NCBI RefSeq assembly: GCF_009914755.1
Contig: NC_060927.1
Direction: 5' to 3' (one strand)
Source of the DNA: the human T2T-CHM13v2.0 reference genome, Homo sapiens
Length of the DNA: 64,000 nucleotides
The notes below the pieces were generated by a model that saw only the letters and a list, made by a program, of their open reading frames with translations, had not been told where the DNA came from and ran no database searches. Positions 41,713 to 54,359 of the stretch are shown here, piece after piece (within the stretch, counting starts at the first letter, position 1; every line of letters begins with the position of its first letter). Both the position numbers and the translations under genes were made by a program.

Positions 41713-42379
41713 ACATGACCCCCAAAACTTAAAGAATTGGAGGTTTTTATTTTTCACATGACAATAAGTTTGGTAGTGGGCAGCTGACTGCTCAATGATG
41801 TCAGGGACAGCATCTTTACTGTTTTCTTCATGTCTGTATTATTTTCCCTTGTGGTTGCTCCAATGCTCCATCCATCACACCTGCATTCAAGGCAGAAAGA
41901 GAAAGGTCTGGCTGAAGCTGTACTTGTCTCCCTTTATGAGGAAAGTCATGGCTTTCCCAGAAGTCCCCCAGCAGACTTTTCTTTATATCTCAATGGCAAG
42001 TACTCAGCACCGTGCACATCTCAAATGGTAATTGAGGATTTAAGGTGAAAATTGAATATAGTTAAAATTGCCCTTGAATAGTTCCTTAGGATTTTACCAT
42101 GTTGGAGAGCAGCCTGCTGGAAGCCTACACTTCTTTTAGAAGCCCACATTGTCATTTCTACCACAACATTGGAACAGATCTTTATTTCAGCAGGTGAAAT
42201 AGCTGGTATTAGGTGTTGTAGCATTTAAACAGTAGGATTTTTAAACAAAGGGATTACACTCAATGCAGCAAGATACTTTTACTCTGAGAGAAATATGGAA
42301 CCCCCACCCCAAGCTCATTAAATAAACTGGCAGATAGAAATGATCTCACTATTTAAATTGTTGTCCACATGTTATGAAG

Positions 42380-42645
42380 CACATGGTGTAGAGGAGTGGT
42401 TAAGAGTCTGTCCACTGGAAACAGACTGAAAGCCTGCTCCATCACTGACTAGCTTGTGCTGTGACCTTAGGCAACTTATTTAACCTCTCTGTGGCTCAGT
42501 TTCCCATCTGTGAAATGAGGAAAATAATACAACCAACCTCATAGAGGTTATTGTGAGACATAAATGAGTTAATAAAGGTAAAGCCCATGTGTCTGACTCA
42601 TGCTAAATGCTATAGAACATTTAGGTATTATTACTGTTATTGTTC
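42380..42645 (+). mobile_element. MIR
   Basis: AGTGGTTAAGAG...TGTGACCTTAGGCAACTTATTTAACCTCTCTGTGGCTCAGTTTCCCATCTGTGAAATG...TATTATT. Confidence 0.88.
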
Positions 42646-43427
42646 CTGTTATTCCACAGTTGCATATACTCCTGCTAAATATGCACAAGATGCTACTCTA
42701 GAGAGGAAAGCATTCAATCAAGATTTGTTGAATTAATAAATAAACTATAATATTTAAAGTATTTCACCCAATATCTGATTAATATTCAACCAACAGTTGT
42801 TACTAACACTGCCACTTCAGTGCCTTTGAACCTTAATGATCGTGTCTCATGCGAAGGAATGCAGAAATGCACCACAGCTAGGGAGGAAGTACTACATATT
42901 TAAAGGAAAATGAAATTCAATCCTTAATAATGCAAAAATTCATCACGAGGTGACCTGTGTAAATATTAAGGGTTTAAATAATTTAACCCCTCCATGCCTT
43001 GGTCAGATGAAAAAGTTGGATTAAGAGAGTTTTAAAAGTGAGTTCCCTAAGGTGTTAATAGGTGTCCTTAAATAAATTTGGAAAACCTAGATGTCAAGTT
43101 AAATGAATTACTGTTGTCTCTTTTTTTTTCTGCGCATTTATCAGAACCTTGAGGTAAATTTGCCTTGTAAATCTCCGAAAGTGTATATAGAATGAAGTAC
43201 TATACAAACTTGATGACAGAATCTTTTTTTTTCCAATTGCTGTGAACATCCTGCAGGTCTCCTGTTCTATCAAATGCTAGATGCCTCTGAGGTACCCCAT
43301 TCATTCAATTCTAAAATCTTCTGTATGACTAATGAAGGTCAGTAGGTGGAGGATGCTTTTAACGTATAGTTATATAGTTCAAAAATCCCGAATGGTGCTT
43401 TGTAAATATCCACGCTGGGGCTGGAGC

Positions 43428-43604
43428 TGTTGTTGTCATCTTTGCCTGTACCTTGTAATCACCTAGGGAGATTTAAAAAATACTGATGCTCAGGTTGCAT
43501 CCTCAGAGATTCTAATTTAATTGGTCTGGGTGTCACCTGGGCATTAGATTTTTCAAAAGATCCTCAAGTGATTTCTAATGTGCAGCCAGGGTTGAGAACC
43601 ACTG
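43428..43604. mobile_element. MER5A
   Basis: AATCACCTAGGGAG...CAGAGATTCTAATTTAATTGGTCTGGG...GCAGCCAGGGTTGAGAACCACTG. Confidence 0.85.
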
Positions 43605-45569
43605 GGCTAGGAGAAAGAATCTTTGGCTGGGACAGGTGATAACCAGGGTCAGAAATGCAAAGGACCACAGAATTTGGGAGGGGAAATAAAAGGGAAAGAC
43701 AGGAAGAGGAGACATGAGGTGATGATGATGATTAAAATCTAGCGAAGGTGTGGGTGTAAGCTGTGTCAGAGAAGAGATGAGACTGTCTGAGGGGATGGAG
43801 GATAGAGTGACCACGGAGAATGGAAGCTATATATAGAGGAGTACTTAGAACACCAACTGGGAAAGATCATACTCCCCTAAAGACAAACACACACAAAAAT
43901 AATCTCAAAAACGAAAGCAAGCAGCCTTGTCTGAATGGATGGAAGCAGACCATATGAGCCAGAAGATCCACAGCTTCAGGATTGGAGTCACTCCAAGGAG
44001 ACTTCCCTTAGGCAGAACCCCTAGTGTTAGAAGAAAGTCTTTGAATTACAGCTGAATTGACTGTCTCATGAGAGATCTTCCTTGAGATTTGCCTCAACTG
44101 AAGCCAGCCTATAACCTGTTTCCTTCCACCATAGTGAGGTTTATGGGCTGTGACAAAATTTTTCATAATTTATGTGACTGCTTCCTGCTGGGCCTCCATT
44201 GGACCCAGTAAGAAAGGGGAGGAAGCTAGGAGGAAGTGAATGGGGACTGCATTTGCAGCACTCACTCCGCTGTAGGATAGGCTCAGCAGGAAATGACCAG
44301 ATGTCCAAATCAGTGTCCAGAAAAGAACAGCAGCTGAAATCCCATCTAGACTGGCCTTGCTCCAAGTGAGTACATCTGATGGGGAACAATATGGCCCCAG
44401 ACATTTCTAAGCCGAGAAGGGCAAATCTATGCACGCTGTCCCACACTGCCCACTCTGGCATGCGTGGCAGACATGAAGAATTGATCATGGTGCAATTTTA
44501 TGATGAGGTTAAGCACAATCTCAGTGCGTTTCTCAACATGGAGCACCAAACAGCTATCGCCAAGTGATCAGAGTTAGGACTCAACTCCCCTCCCCATCCT
44601 AGGCTGTATGTATGCTCAGAGTGGTGTGGGTGGCAGGACTGTGGTAGGCAACAAGGTACCATTTATTTATTATTTATTTATTTATTTATTCAATCATCCC
44701 GATATAAAAAAGATAAAACCTATGCCTAGCACTGTAGTAGACATTCGGGGATGCAACAGTAAGTAAAACAGGCATGGTCCCTACACATTCAATAAACTGC
44801 TAAACAAACATAAATAAATATATTGTAGTGAAAGCTACTGAGAGTTTAGGAAGTTAATAATTAACATGTTCCTCTTCCCCTTATCTTGACTTAGAAACAG
44901 CTGAGACAGGCATAGGAGTCAAGGGGATGGAGGTACACTATCACTTTCATTACTAATAAGAAGAATATGGCTTAGGTCTGACCAACTGGGCTTGTTAATG
45001 TGCTACAGCTGAATTGTACTTATCACCCTTCTCTGCATAATCCCAGGCCCCAGGAACCGATCTGTCCTGTCAGTCTACTTGCAGGTGTAGAAGAGTCCCG
45101 ACCAGCAATTTCTTCAAGTGGGAAGGGCCAGGCCACACATGGCCAGTTCCTTTCCCCAAACCCACCAATAAGAGAAGTGGTTGCTCCTCCACTAGGGGCA
45201 AGGCAAGAGGTGAGGAGTGTTACCCCAGTGGAGGGCCCCCTATTTGGAAACACAGGGAAAGGGGAATAAGTGATCCATCCTCCTCAACAAGGGCCATGCC
45301 GGGAAAGTAAAGGGCACAATGAGGGATTATAGGAGGGTACTTTTTTTAGGATCGAGATGTTAGGAAGGCTCCTTTGAGTGAGATATATAAAATGAGCCCT
45401 AAGCAATTTGGCTCCAGAATCCAACTTATCTGGGGGGACTAGGTCATGCAGGCTTTGACGTTAAGAAGTTGAGTTTTTTCCTAAGAGCAATGGCACAATT
45501 TTGAAGAATTTAAGCAGGGGAGGGAAGTAATCAGCTTTGCGTTTTCAAACAGCTATTAACTAGAGGAAG

Positions 45570-45606
45570 AATTGCCAAAATTAGAAAAAATACATATATA
45601 ATACGT

Positions 45607-45652
<46 letters not shown>

Positions 45653-45755
45653 GTATATATATATGGTGCCCAGTTTATACTAAAAAAAAACCTGTCCATT
45701 GTTTATCTCTAATTAAAGTTTAACTGAGTGTCCAGTATTTTATTTGAAAACCCCA
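45570..45755. mobile_element. MER53-like palindromic hAT MITE containing a CA repeat
   Basis: TTGCCAAAATTAG...TTATACTAAAAAA...TTGTTTATCT...TTTAACTGAGTGTCCAGTATTTTATTTGAAAACCC. Confidence 0.6.
45611..45649. repeat. (AC)19 microsatellite
   Basis: Uninterrupted AC run. Confidence 0.98.
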
Positions 45756-46391
45756 GAGGAGAAGAAACAGAAAAACCAACTAAGATGTTGTTGCAGGTGT
45801 TGGTAATAGAGAAGAAGACATGCAGCAGGTTCCAGTTCTATTTGGAAGTAGACTCTTAGAAATAGATTGATGTGGTAGGAGAGAGAGCCTGGGGTCAAGG
45901 GCCAGGCAGACTCTGGAGAGCCTCTGGATGGACAGAGCTGCCAGTGCATCCAATGCCACTAAATGAAAATAAAATCAGTTTTAACATTTCAGTCTGTTGC
46001 TCTCCTCTTGTAAATTTATGCACCCTATGTAGCCATCCTCATGACAACATCTATTTATTAACTGATTTCTATATAATGCGGCATTGGAACTAATACTGAG
46101 GGAAAGGGCCTTGTGTGCTGCCAAAAAAAGTAGCAAATAAACCATAGTTCTAGCAGTGTTGTGCCTAATATGACATTGCTTGTGACTGAGAAAATTATCG
46201 AAAGCCTCTGGGATCAGAAGACAATATAAATTAGTCCACAGATGGGAGGAATGCTGTTCTGGTCTTCTGACTGTGTCCCTTAACTTTTCAATTATGTAAA
46301 ATTTTATCAATATAACCTATCTTATCACATCACTGTTGTGAATATCATGTGAATTACGAATATAAAACATCTTTTATTAATATTCAGGTAT

Positions 46392-46800
46392 TGTTGTGGA
46401 CTGAATGTTTGTGTACCCCCACCCCAAATTTATATGCTAAAGCCCTAATTCCCAATGTGATATTATTTAGAGATGGGGACTTTGGGAGGTAATTAGGGTG
46501 ACATAAAGTCATGAGGGTGGGGCCCTCATGGTGGGATTAGTGACCTTGTAAGAAGGGGAGGAAAGATCCTTTGACTGTGCACCCTCTGTTCCCTGCACAC
46601 ATGGGAGAAAGGTGATATGAGGGCATAGTGAGAAGGTGGTCATCTGCAAGCCAGGAATAAAGACTCCACCAGAAACCAAATTGACTAGAACCTTGATCTT
46701 GGACTTCTAGCCTCCAGAACTGTGCATAAATAAATTTCTGTGGTTTAAGCCACTTAATCTATAGTATTTTGTTGTGGTAGCCCTAACTGAATAATATACA
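46392..46800 (+). mobile_element. MLT1A-like MaLR LTR
   Basis: TGTTGTGGACTGAATGTTTGTG...CTTGATCTTGGACTTCTAGCCTCCAGAACTGTG...TTTAAGCCAC. Confidence 0.85.
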
Positions 46801-46884
46801 TACTAATTTTTTTAACAAAAATAATTAGGTATAAGCAGGCAAGAATGTTAACACCAAAGCAAAATCTCTTGCTTTACTTAACTG

Positions 46885-47190
46885 ATTATTTATTTAGAGA
46901 CAGGTCTCTGTCTGTTACCCAGGCTGGAGTACAATAGTGCAAGCATGGCTTACTGCACCCAGGAACTCCTGGGCTTAAGTGATCCTCCCACTTCAACCTC
47001 CTAAGTAGCTGGGACTACAGGCACACACTACCATGACCAACTTTTTTTTTTTTTTTAATTTTTTTTTTAATTTTAGAGGCAGGGTCTTGCTATGTTTCTT
47101 AGGCTGGTCTTAAACTTTTAACCTCAAGCAATCCTCCCACCTTGGCCTATGAGTAGCTGGGATTACAGACCCAGGCTACTGTGCCCGGCT
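46885..47190 (-). mobile_element. AluJ (Jo-like)
   Basis: Diverged reverse Alu with CTCCTGGGCTTAAGTGATCCTCCC; partial TSD TCTTGCT. Confidence 0.88.
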
Positions 47191-47606
47191 TCTTGCTATT
47201 TTCAGTCTGCCAGTGAATTTTTTGAATCTGTAAGCTAGGCCACCTCTAGCATATGTTCTCAAGTCTCCAGTCCTGGAGCAAATTATATTGTGTATATTTC
47301 CTTGCCTTTTCCTTTTCTACCTCCCAAACATTCACATTAAGGGCAGCCTTGAGAAGGCAATGTCACAAAAGGTGTGAGTGTGTGAAGAAGAAAGGAGCTT
47401 GGTTGCTAGGAAACCAAGGAGCCAGTACAGCCAAACAGCCACTAGGTGCTTAGGGATTATGTGGTTTGTGCTGACTGCATGTATGTTAGTAGATGGGGCC
47501 TTTCTCTTTTAGCACCAACTAGAATTCTGCCACATCCAGACTTCTAGTCTGACATCAGATGTAAAAAGATGCTGAATAATGTAATGACTAGTGAGGCTTT
47601 CCATTG

Positions 47607-47947
47607 CGGTGGTCCCCGCTTATTCACAGGGAATACATTCCAAGACTCCCAATGGATGCATGTAACTGAAGGTAGTATCGAATTTAATATATACTGTTTT
47701 TTTCTATACATATGTGTCTATGATAAAGTTTAATTTATAAATTAGGCACAGTAAGAGGTTAACAACAATAACTAGTAATAAAATGGACCAATTAAAACAA
47801 TATACTGTAATAAAAGTTATCTGAACATGCTTTCTCTCTCTCTCAAAATATCTTATTGCAGTGTACTCATCTATTTTCAGACTGCTATTGAACGTGGGTA
47901 ACTGAAACCGTGGAAAGCAAAACCACACAGATAAGGGAGGACTATTG
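47607..47947 (-). mobile_element. MER44A-like (TcMar-Tigger) MITE
   Basis: TIRs CGGTGGTCCCCGCTTAT / ATAAGGGAGGACTATTG; internal TATAAATTAGGCACAGTAAGAG. Confidence 0.8.
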
Positions 47948-47949
47948 TA

Positions 47950-48465
47950 TGAAAGACAGAAACCCAACTACAGAAAAGAGAATTTGTTATATATAGTAAC
48001 TGGGAAGTCTAGGAGTGGATACTGCTTCGGTTAGGACTGGATTCAGTAATGTGAATGTCATTAGCTCATTCTTGATCATACCTGTTTTCCTCTGTGCAAT
48101 AGTCTCATTCTTACCTATTTTATTTTTCTGACTCTAAGTGGGATCCCTTCAGGCAGTAAGGAAGGGATAGTCTGGCTACAGAGCTCTAGGCTCCTATGTT
48201 TCCAGGAACCATCTCCAAGTAAAGAAAGAGCTTTTCTTTGCTAGGATTCGTATGTTAAATCCCAGAGAAGGGATCTGATTACTCGGTTGGGTCACAGGCT
48301 CTCCTATTGCACTAATTACTATGGCCAGAGTAGCAGGGTACTCTGATTTGCAGCCCCATTAAGAACTGCATGGAATATGGGAGGCAATTCTCCAAAGGAA
48401 AATGGGATGTGTTACAGGAAGATGAGAGAATTAACTGGGCAGGTCAAAACAGCAGATATCCACTG
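47950..48465 (-). mobile_element. Old MLT1(K-like) LTR
   Basis: GACAGAAACCCAACT...GTAACTGGGAAGTCTAGG...CTCTGATTTG...GCAGATATCCAC. Confidence 0.5.
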
Positions 48466-48949
48466 AAGTACTTGAAAAGACATCTACACAGTTAGCTCTG
48501 ACTTTTATTCATGTGTAACTTCAATCAAAATTACATATGAAGGATGCCCACTGATGCACTGTTTTTAATAAAGAAAAAATGGAAACAACCCCAGTGTGCA
48601 TTCATAGAGAAGCAGTAAATAATTGTAAATTCATATAGTATAATACGAAATAGCAATGTAACTACTGACACAGAATGTGGCCTTGATATAAATTAAGGGA
48701 AAACAACAAGTTGTAAAGCAGTGTTTAAAGTTTAAATTTTTTGTAAAAATGTTATTTCTGTGAATATTGCCCCAAATTGTTAAGAGTAGCTTTCTTATAG
48801 GAAGTTACTATTGGATTCCCTTTTGGTGGGTTATAAACTCCTAAAATGTGATATTTTAGAATGAGCAATATTAATTTTATAGTTAAACCAATAAAGATTA
48901 AATTTTAAAAATTCATTATAAATACTAAAAGAAAGTACAAATATTATCA

Positions 48950-49210
48950 CCCATTTTGTAGGTTGTTTTTCACTTTCTTGATAGTGTCCTTTAAGACACA
49001 AATATTTTACATTTCGGTCAAGTCCCATTTATCTATTTTTGCCTTTGTCACTTGTACTTTTGGTGATGTATCTAAGAAACCTCTGCCTACTGGGAGGTCA
49101 TGAAAATTTACACCTTTGTTTTATTCTGAATTTTATAGTTTTAGCTCTTAAATTTAGGTCTTTGGCCTATTTTGAGTCAATATTTATATATGGTGTGAGG
49201 TACAGGTCTG
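48950..49210 (-). mobile_element. L1MB fragment
   Basis: TTCACTTTCTTGATAGTGTCCTTT...TATCTAAGAAAC...TATGGTGTGAGGTA. Confidence 0.75.
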
Positions 49211-50645
49211 TGTAGTAAAAAATTTGGCCTCACCCAGAGAGAGGACTAGCTTTTGCCCTCAGCTTCTGAGAGTTGATCTATATAATACTTAATGGGAGTG
49301 TCCTTGTTTAGGGTGGCAGCTGGCCACACCAGATCTTAGGGTGAGGCTAGCTACACAAGAAAGACCAAATATGTGATTTAGGGTGGGGGCTGGTCATGCT
49401 AGAAAGATCAACATGTGATTCAGAGTGTGAGCTTTGGGTCACATGGTGTAAGTCAACTTAGAGACTGAATTCAATCATGTTGGCAGTCTGTCAGTCATGT
49501 GCACATAATGAAACCCCAATATAAACTCTGGATACTGAAGTTCAGGTGAGCTTCTCTCACTGGCAATACTCTGCATATTGCCACACATTGATGCTGGGAA
49601 AGTATACATGCTGACTCCACAGGAAAGGGGACACAGAAGCTTCAGGTTTGGCATCTTCCCAAACTCTGCCCTGTACTTCTTCCTTTGACTAATTTGAATA
49701 TGCATCCTTTCCCTATAATAAACTGTAAAAATCAGTATAACAACTTTCAGTGAAATCCTGTGAGTCCTTATGGAAAATTATGAAAACTGAAAGTGGCTTT
49801 GGGAACCTACCAGAAATTGCAGTTGCTGTCAGAAGTGAGGGCCATTTTGTGGATATTGTGCTCTCTAAACTTGTAGTTGGCTCCAAATTATCACAGTTGG
49901 TGTCAGAAGAGGGATTCATGGGACCAAACCTGACTCACTGGAGCATGTAGTTTGGGAAGAAAAAGGACGAAAGGGTGGATGTTAATGAACTTTTCATTTC
50001 TGGATGGCTACAGAGTCAGCCATGATATGGAACTATAGCTGTGCTATAATCAGTTACTGAAGGTAAAAGTTACCAATGGAATTTTAAAATGATGGACTCA
50101 ACTCTAAGAAGTTGTCTCACTGGATGCCTAAGGAAATGCAGAGTAACAAGAAAAAGAAAAAGAAAAATATACGATATTTGGTTACTGTTATCTGTCATAT
50201 CTAAAATGTGAGTAAGAAGTAATGCAAGAATTTTGGTGTAAATCCTAATGCTGGGCAAAGCTTGGATTCCAGCTGGTTCAAGCTGCAACTATTAGCCTGT
50301 AGAGCCTCTACCAACGAATATAGTTAAAATAAAAACAAAAGAAAGTGTTTGTGTGGACCCCCATCCTGGGTCTAGCCTGGATTCCTTCTATTCCAAGCTA
50401 CAGCTGCTAGCCTCAGAACCCCTATGAAAGGAAAAATTATGCTGAAACAACAGATAGGGAAATAGGTTAGAATGATTTATAAGAGAATAGGTACAACAAA
50501 GGGGAAAGAAAGAGGGGCAAATTGTGCACAAATTTGGCTAAGCAAAGTGGAAAACTTTAAATGGTCGTTAAGAAATGAGGTGAATAAAGCAAATATTAAT
50601 GTAGCCAAAACTAAGTCCTTAATGTGGTATTCTCAGAGCTTGGGT
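49211..50645 (+). mobile_element. MER21C-like 5' LTR (49211-49895) plus start of internal region
   Basis: LTR TG...CA, then PBS TGGTGTCAGAAGAGGGAT (49898-49915) complementary to the tRNA-Leu 3' end. Confidence 0.75.
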
Positions 50646-51004
50646 GGAGAATGGCAGCCCTGCTGCTCTCCCAGTATTGAAAGGCCTAAACAAATCAGAT
50701 ATAGCAGGCGGTGGGGGTGGGCTGGGCTGGCTGGGGGAGGTGGTCAGGGAACCACCTGGTCCCAGGGGTGCCAAAGAGAACAGCTCAAATCATCAAGCAT
50801 CGTTGATGATAGCCAGTCATCTAGTGACCAGTAGAAACAAGGAACCAGGTGGTTTTCAGAGGACAGCATGAAAACCTGCACATAGGCCAGCGGGCTTCTC
50901 CCCTGGAGATCATGCAATTTTCCTCCCTCTAGATGCTATCTTGGAGAAGAGAGAAAACAGCCAAGTTGCATCATTTGATTTGACTATATGACTAGATATT
51001 TACA

Positions 51005-51299
<295 letters not shown>

Positions 51300-52096
51300 G
51301 ATATTTACTGTTTTTACTCCATCATGTCTATACTTGGCTTCTATATCATTTGAAGAAGGTATTCCGCTGTTTACTGAAAACTGAACAAAGAAAAAACCCC
51401 ATAGATAAAAAATTTTTGGTGTTAGTAAACTGAAAAAGGCTGTTTTAAACAGGAAAATATTGAGATAACTTTAATCAATGAGTTTAAGATTTTACTCTCT
51501 CCACTGGAAAGAACACCTAAGAGGACAATGAGATCAATTCTAGAAACAAAGGAACACTGCATATATATAATCTAGCACATATGAATTATACTGCTTATAT
51601 TTTGACCTATTTCATGTCAAATACATAAAGCATAGGTGATTTGGTGCAGGAGGGTGAAAAGGGGGCAGGCGGATTACTTGTACCCCTCACCAGAAAATCC
51701 CTGTGGCACCTCCAGAGGCAGATAGAAGTGTTTGAAACCCAGTGATCCATCTGGGGAAATTGGTCCTTCTATCTTTAAGTGACTTTACAATAACACAACT
51801 ACTTAGTTAGTGCAGGAGCCCATACTGGCACCCAGGGACTTAACTTCTAGGACTTTAACAAGGAATAGACCATGTCAACCTCATTCCTTATCAGCAGGTT
51901 GGCATTTTCGTCTGAACAAATAATGTATTACATTTTCAGCCAATTGCTTTTGAAACAAGGGCTTTCTGTTGATCTAATGTTCATTATGAAGTCTAGTTCC
52001 AAGATTCTTTTTGCTCATTTTATCATGGTGCCTATTCTCTTTCAACTTCTAGACAGAAATTTTTTACTATGGGTATACAGATCTAACGTTGTGTCT

Positions 52097-52326
52097 CAGG
52101 GGTTTTCAACCTTGTTACTCTTGACATTTGGACCAGATATTTCTTTGTGAGGTAAGAGGGCTGTCCTCTGCATTCTAAGATGTTTAGTAACATCCTGGCC
52201 TTTACTCACTGCATTCCAGGAGGACTATCACCCCACCTCCACCCCAGTTTAGACAAAAAAAAAATCCTCTATATATTGCCAAATGTCCCCTGGGGAGGCA
52301 AAATTACCCATATTTGAGAACCACTG
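52097..52326 (-). mobile_element. MER20
   Basis: CAGGGGTTTTCAACCT...TGACATTTGG...TTGCCAAATGTCCCCTGGGG...TTGAGAACCACTG. Confidence 0.85.
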
Positions 52327-52542
52327 CTCTTTCATTATGATATAAACTGATTCCAAGATATCCCTCTGGTGTACCCACTCCTGACTGATCTCCAGCCTAA
52401 TCACTGTGGATGAATACTCTCCAACAATGAGGGGTACTGGAGGAAAGGACTGTGTATTCACGATTCATTACTCCCCTCCCCAACAGTGAATTAGTAACAC
52501 TCTTGGTTCAGGCTGCTTCACTTCTGTAAGGATGAGTAAATT

Positions 52543-53004
52543 TGTTGAGAAACAAATTATTCAATGATACTTGTTAAAGCATGGTAAGGAAGACTTCAAT
52601 TCAAGACCATTACAATAGGTGTGGGGACAATTAAAATGGGATCTTGCAGTCAGGGAGAGAGATTGGACTCAACTCTGAATATGGAAAGGAGAAATTTACA
52701 GCCAAGGAGCAGGGTGAGGGTCAGTGGTTGGAAAATTACTAAGGGAGATTCTGGCTAAACCGACCCAACAAGATTCTTGCTGAAGACAGGCCAGGGTGAT
52801 CAGACATCACCTGGGGGATGATGGAGGGTGTGTAACATAATCAGATATCAAGGATAATCAGATATTGAAGACGGAGCGTTCTGGCTAAACTTACTAAGCA
52901 GGGCCCTTTGCTAAAGCTGGATTTTACAAGGAAGTGCACAGATGGGCCCTGGGAGAAGGTCCAGAATCCTGAGTAAAGTTTGGCCAAGAGAAGACTCTTT
53001 GTCA
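52543..53004 (-). mobile_element. MER31-like ERV1 solo LTR
   Basis: TGTTGAGAAACAAATTATTCAATGATACTTG...CAGCCAAGGAGCAGGG...AAGACTCTTTGTCA. Confidence 0.7.
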
Positions 53005-53730
53005 CATTTCAGATGAATCTATCATGAAACAATTAGTGTTTCTGCTGATATTATACAAAATATAAAGAAAGAATATATAGAAAGAGCTGGACATCAGCCT
53101 GAGGATATTGTTGAATCTTATTGTTCAAGTCATGTTGATGTGGGTTTTTTTAACTTGGAGTTAAAAGAATACTAACTAATGAAATTAGGCAGCTTAAATG
53201 AATTCATTTTGAATAATTAAGGTTTTCACTACTCAATCAGGCCTAATAGCATGATTTTCCAAAGAGTGAATCATACTTAAAGATAATCAGATATGTTCTC
53301 ACCAGTTCAAGACAGTCTGAGGGGTAAACTTAGCCCAGAGAAGAAGAGATGGAGTTAGAGTCCATAGGGCAAAGTCTTCTTATTCTCAATCTGCTTGTTT
53401 GTTCCCTAGATCATATTGTTAATCTTGGAGTTCTGGAAAACACTTACTCTGAACTTACCCATCTCAAATTCTTCTACTGTGTCTCCCTCCTTTAATATAC
53501 TTTAGCTTTTATTCATTCCTTAATTAAGAAAATATTAATTGAGTGTGTGCAATGGGTCAGCCTCTGCTCTGGGGCCACAGATGCAGAGGTGAGAAAGAAA
53601 CACATGGCCCCAGCCCTCACAAAGTGTGTGGATGAGATTCAAGAAGATGAAGGTGGAATAGAGGAATGACATTAACAAATTTTTTTATTGTGGTAAAATA
53701 TACATAACATAAAATTTACAATTTTAATAA

Positions 53731-54349
53731 TTTTTTCTTTTTTTAAATTATACTTTAAGTTCTGGGATACATGTGCAGAATGTCCAGGTTTGTTACATAG
53801 GTATACATGTGCCATGGTGGTTTGCTGCACCCATCAACCCGTCATCTACATTAGGTATTTCTCCTAATGCTATCCTTCCCCTAGCCCCCCACCTCACAAC
53901 AGGCCCCGGTGTGTGATGTTCCCATCCCTGTGCCCATGTGTTCTCCTTGTTCAACTCCCATTTATGAGTGAGAACATGTGGTGTTTGGTTTTCTGTTCTT
54001 GTGTTAGTTTGCTGAGGATGATGGTTTCCAGCTTCATCCATGTCCCTGCAAAGGACATGAACTCATTCTTTTTTATGGCTGCATAGTATTCCATGGTGTA
54101 TATATACCACATTTTCTTTATCCAGTCTATCACTGATGGGCATTTGGATTGGTTCCAAGTCTTTGCTATTGTGAACAGTGCTGCAATAAACATATGCATG
54201 CATGTGTCTTTATAGTAGAATGATTTATAATCCTTTGGGTATATACCGAGTAATGGGCTTGCTGGGTGAAATGGTATTTCTGGTTCTAAATCCTTGAGGA
54301 ATTGCCACATTGTCTTCCACAATGGTTGAACTAATTTACACTCCCACCA
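53731..54349 (-). mobile_element. L1PA7-like 3' end with tail
   Basis: T-tract then TTATACTTTAAGTTCTGGG; CATCTACATTAGGTATTTCTCC (lacks the GGGGCTTAAAACC segment); ORF2 C-terminal ORF 53951-54322. Confidence 0.88.
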
Positions 54350-54359
54350 CTCCCTTTTT

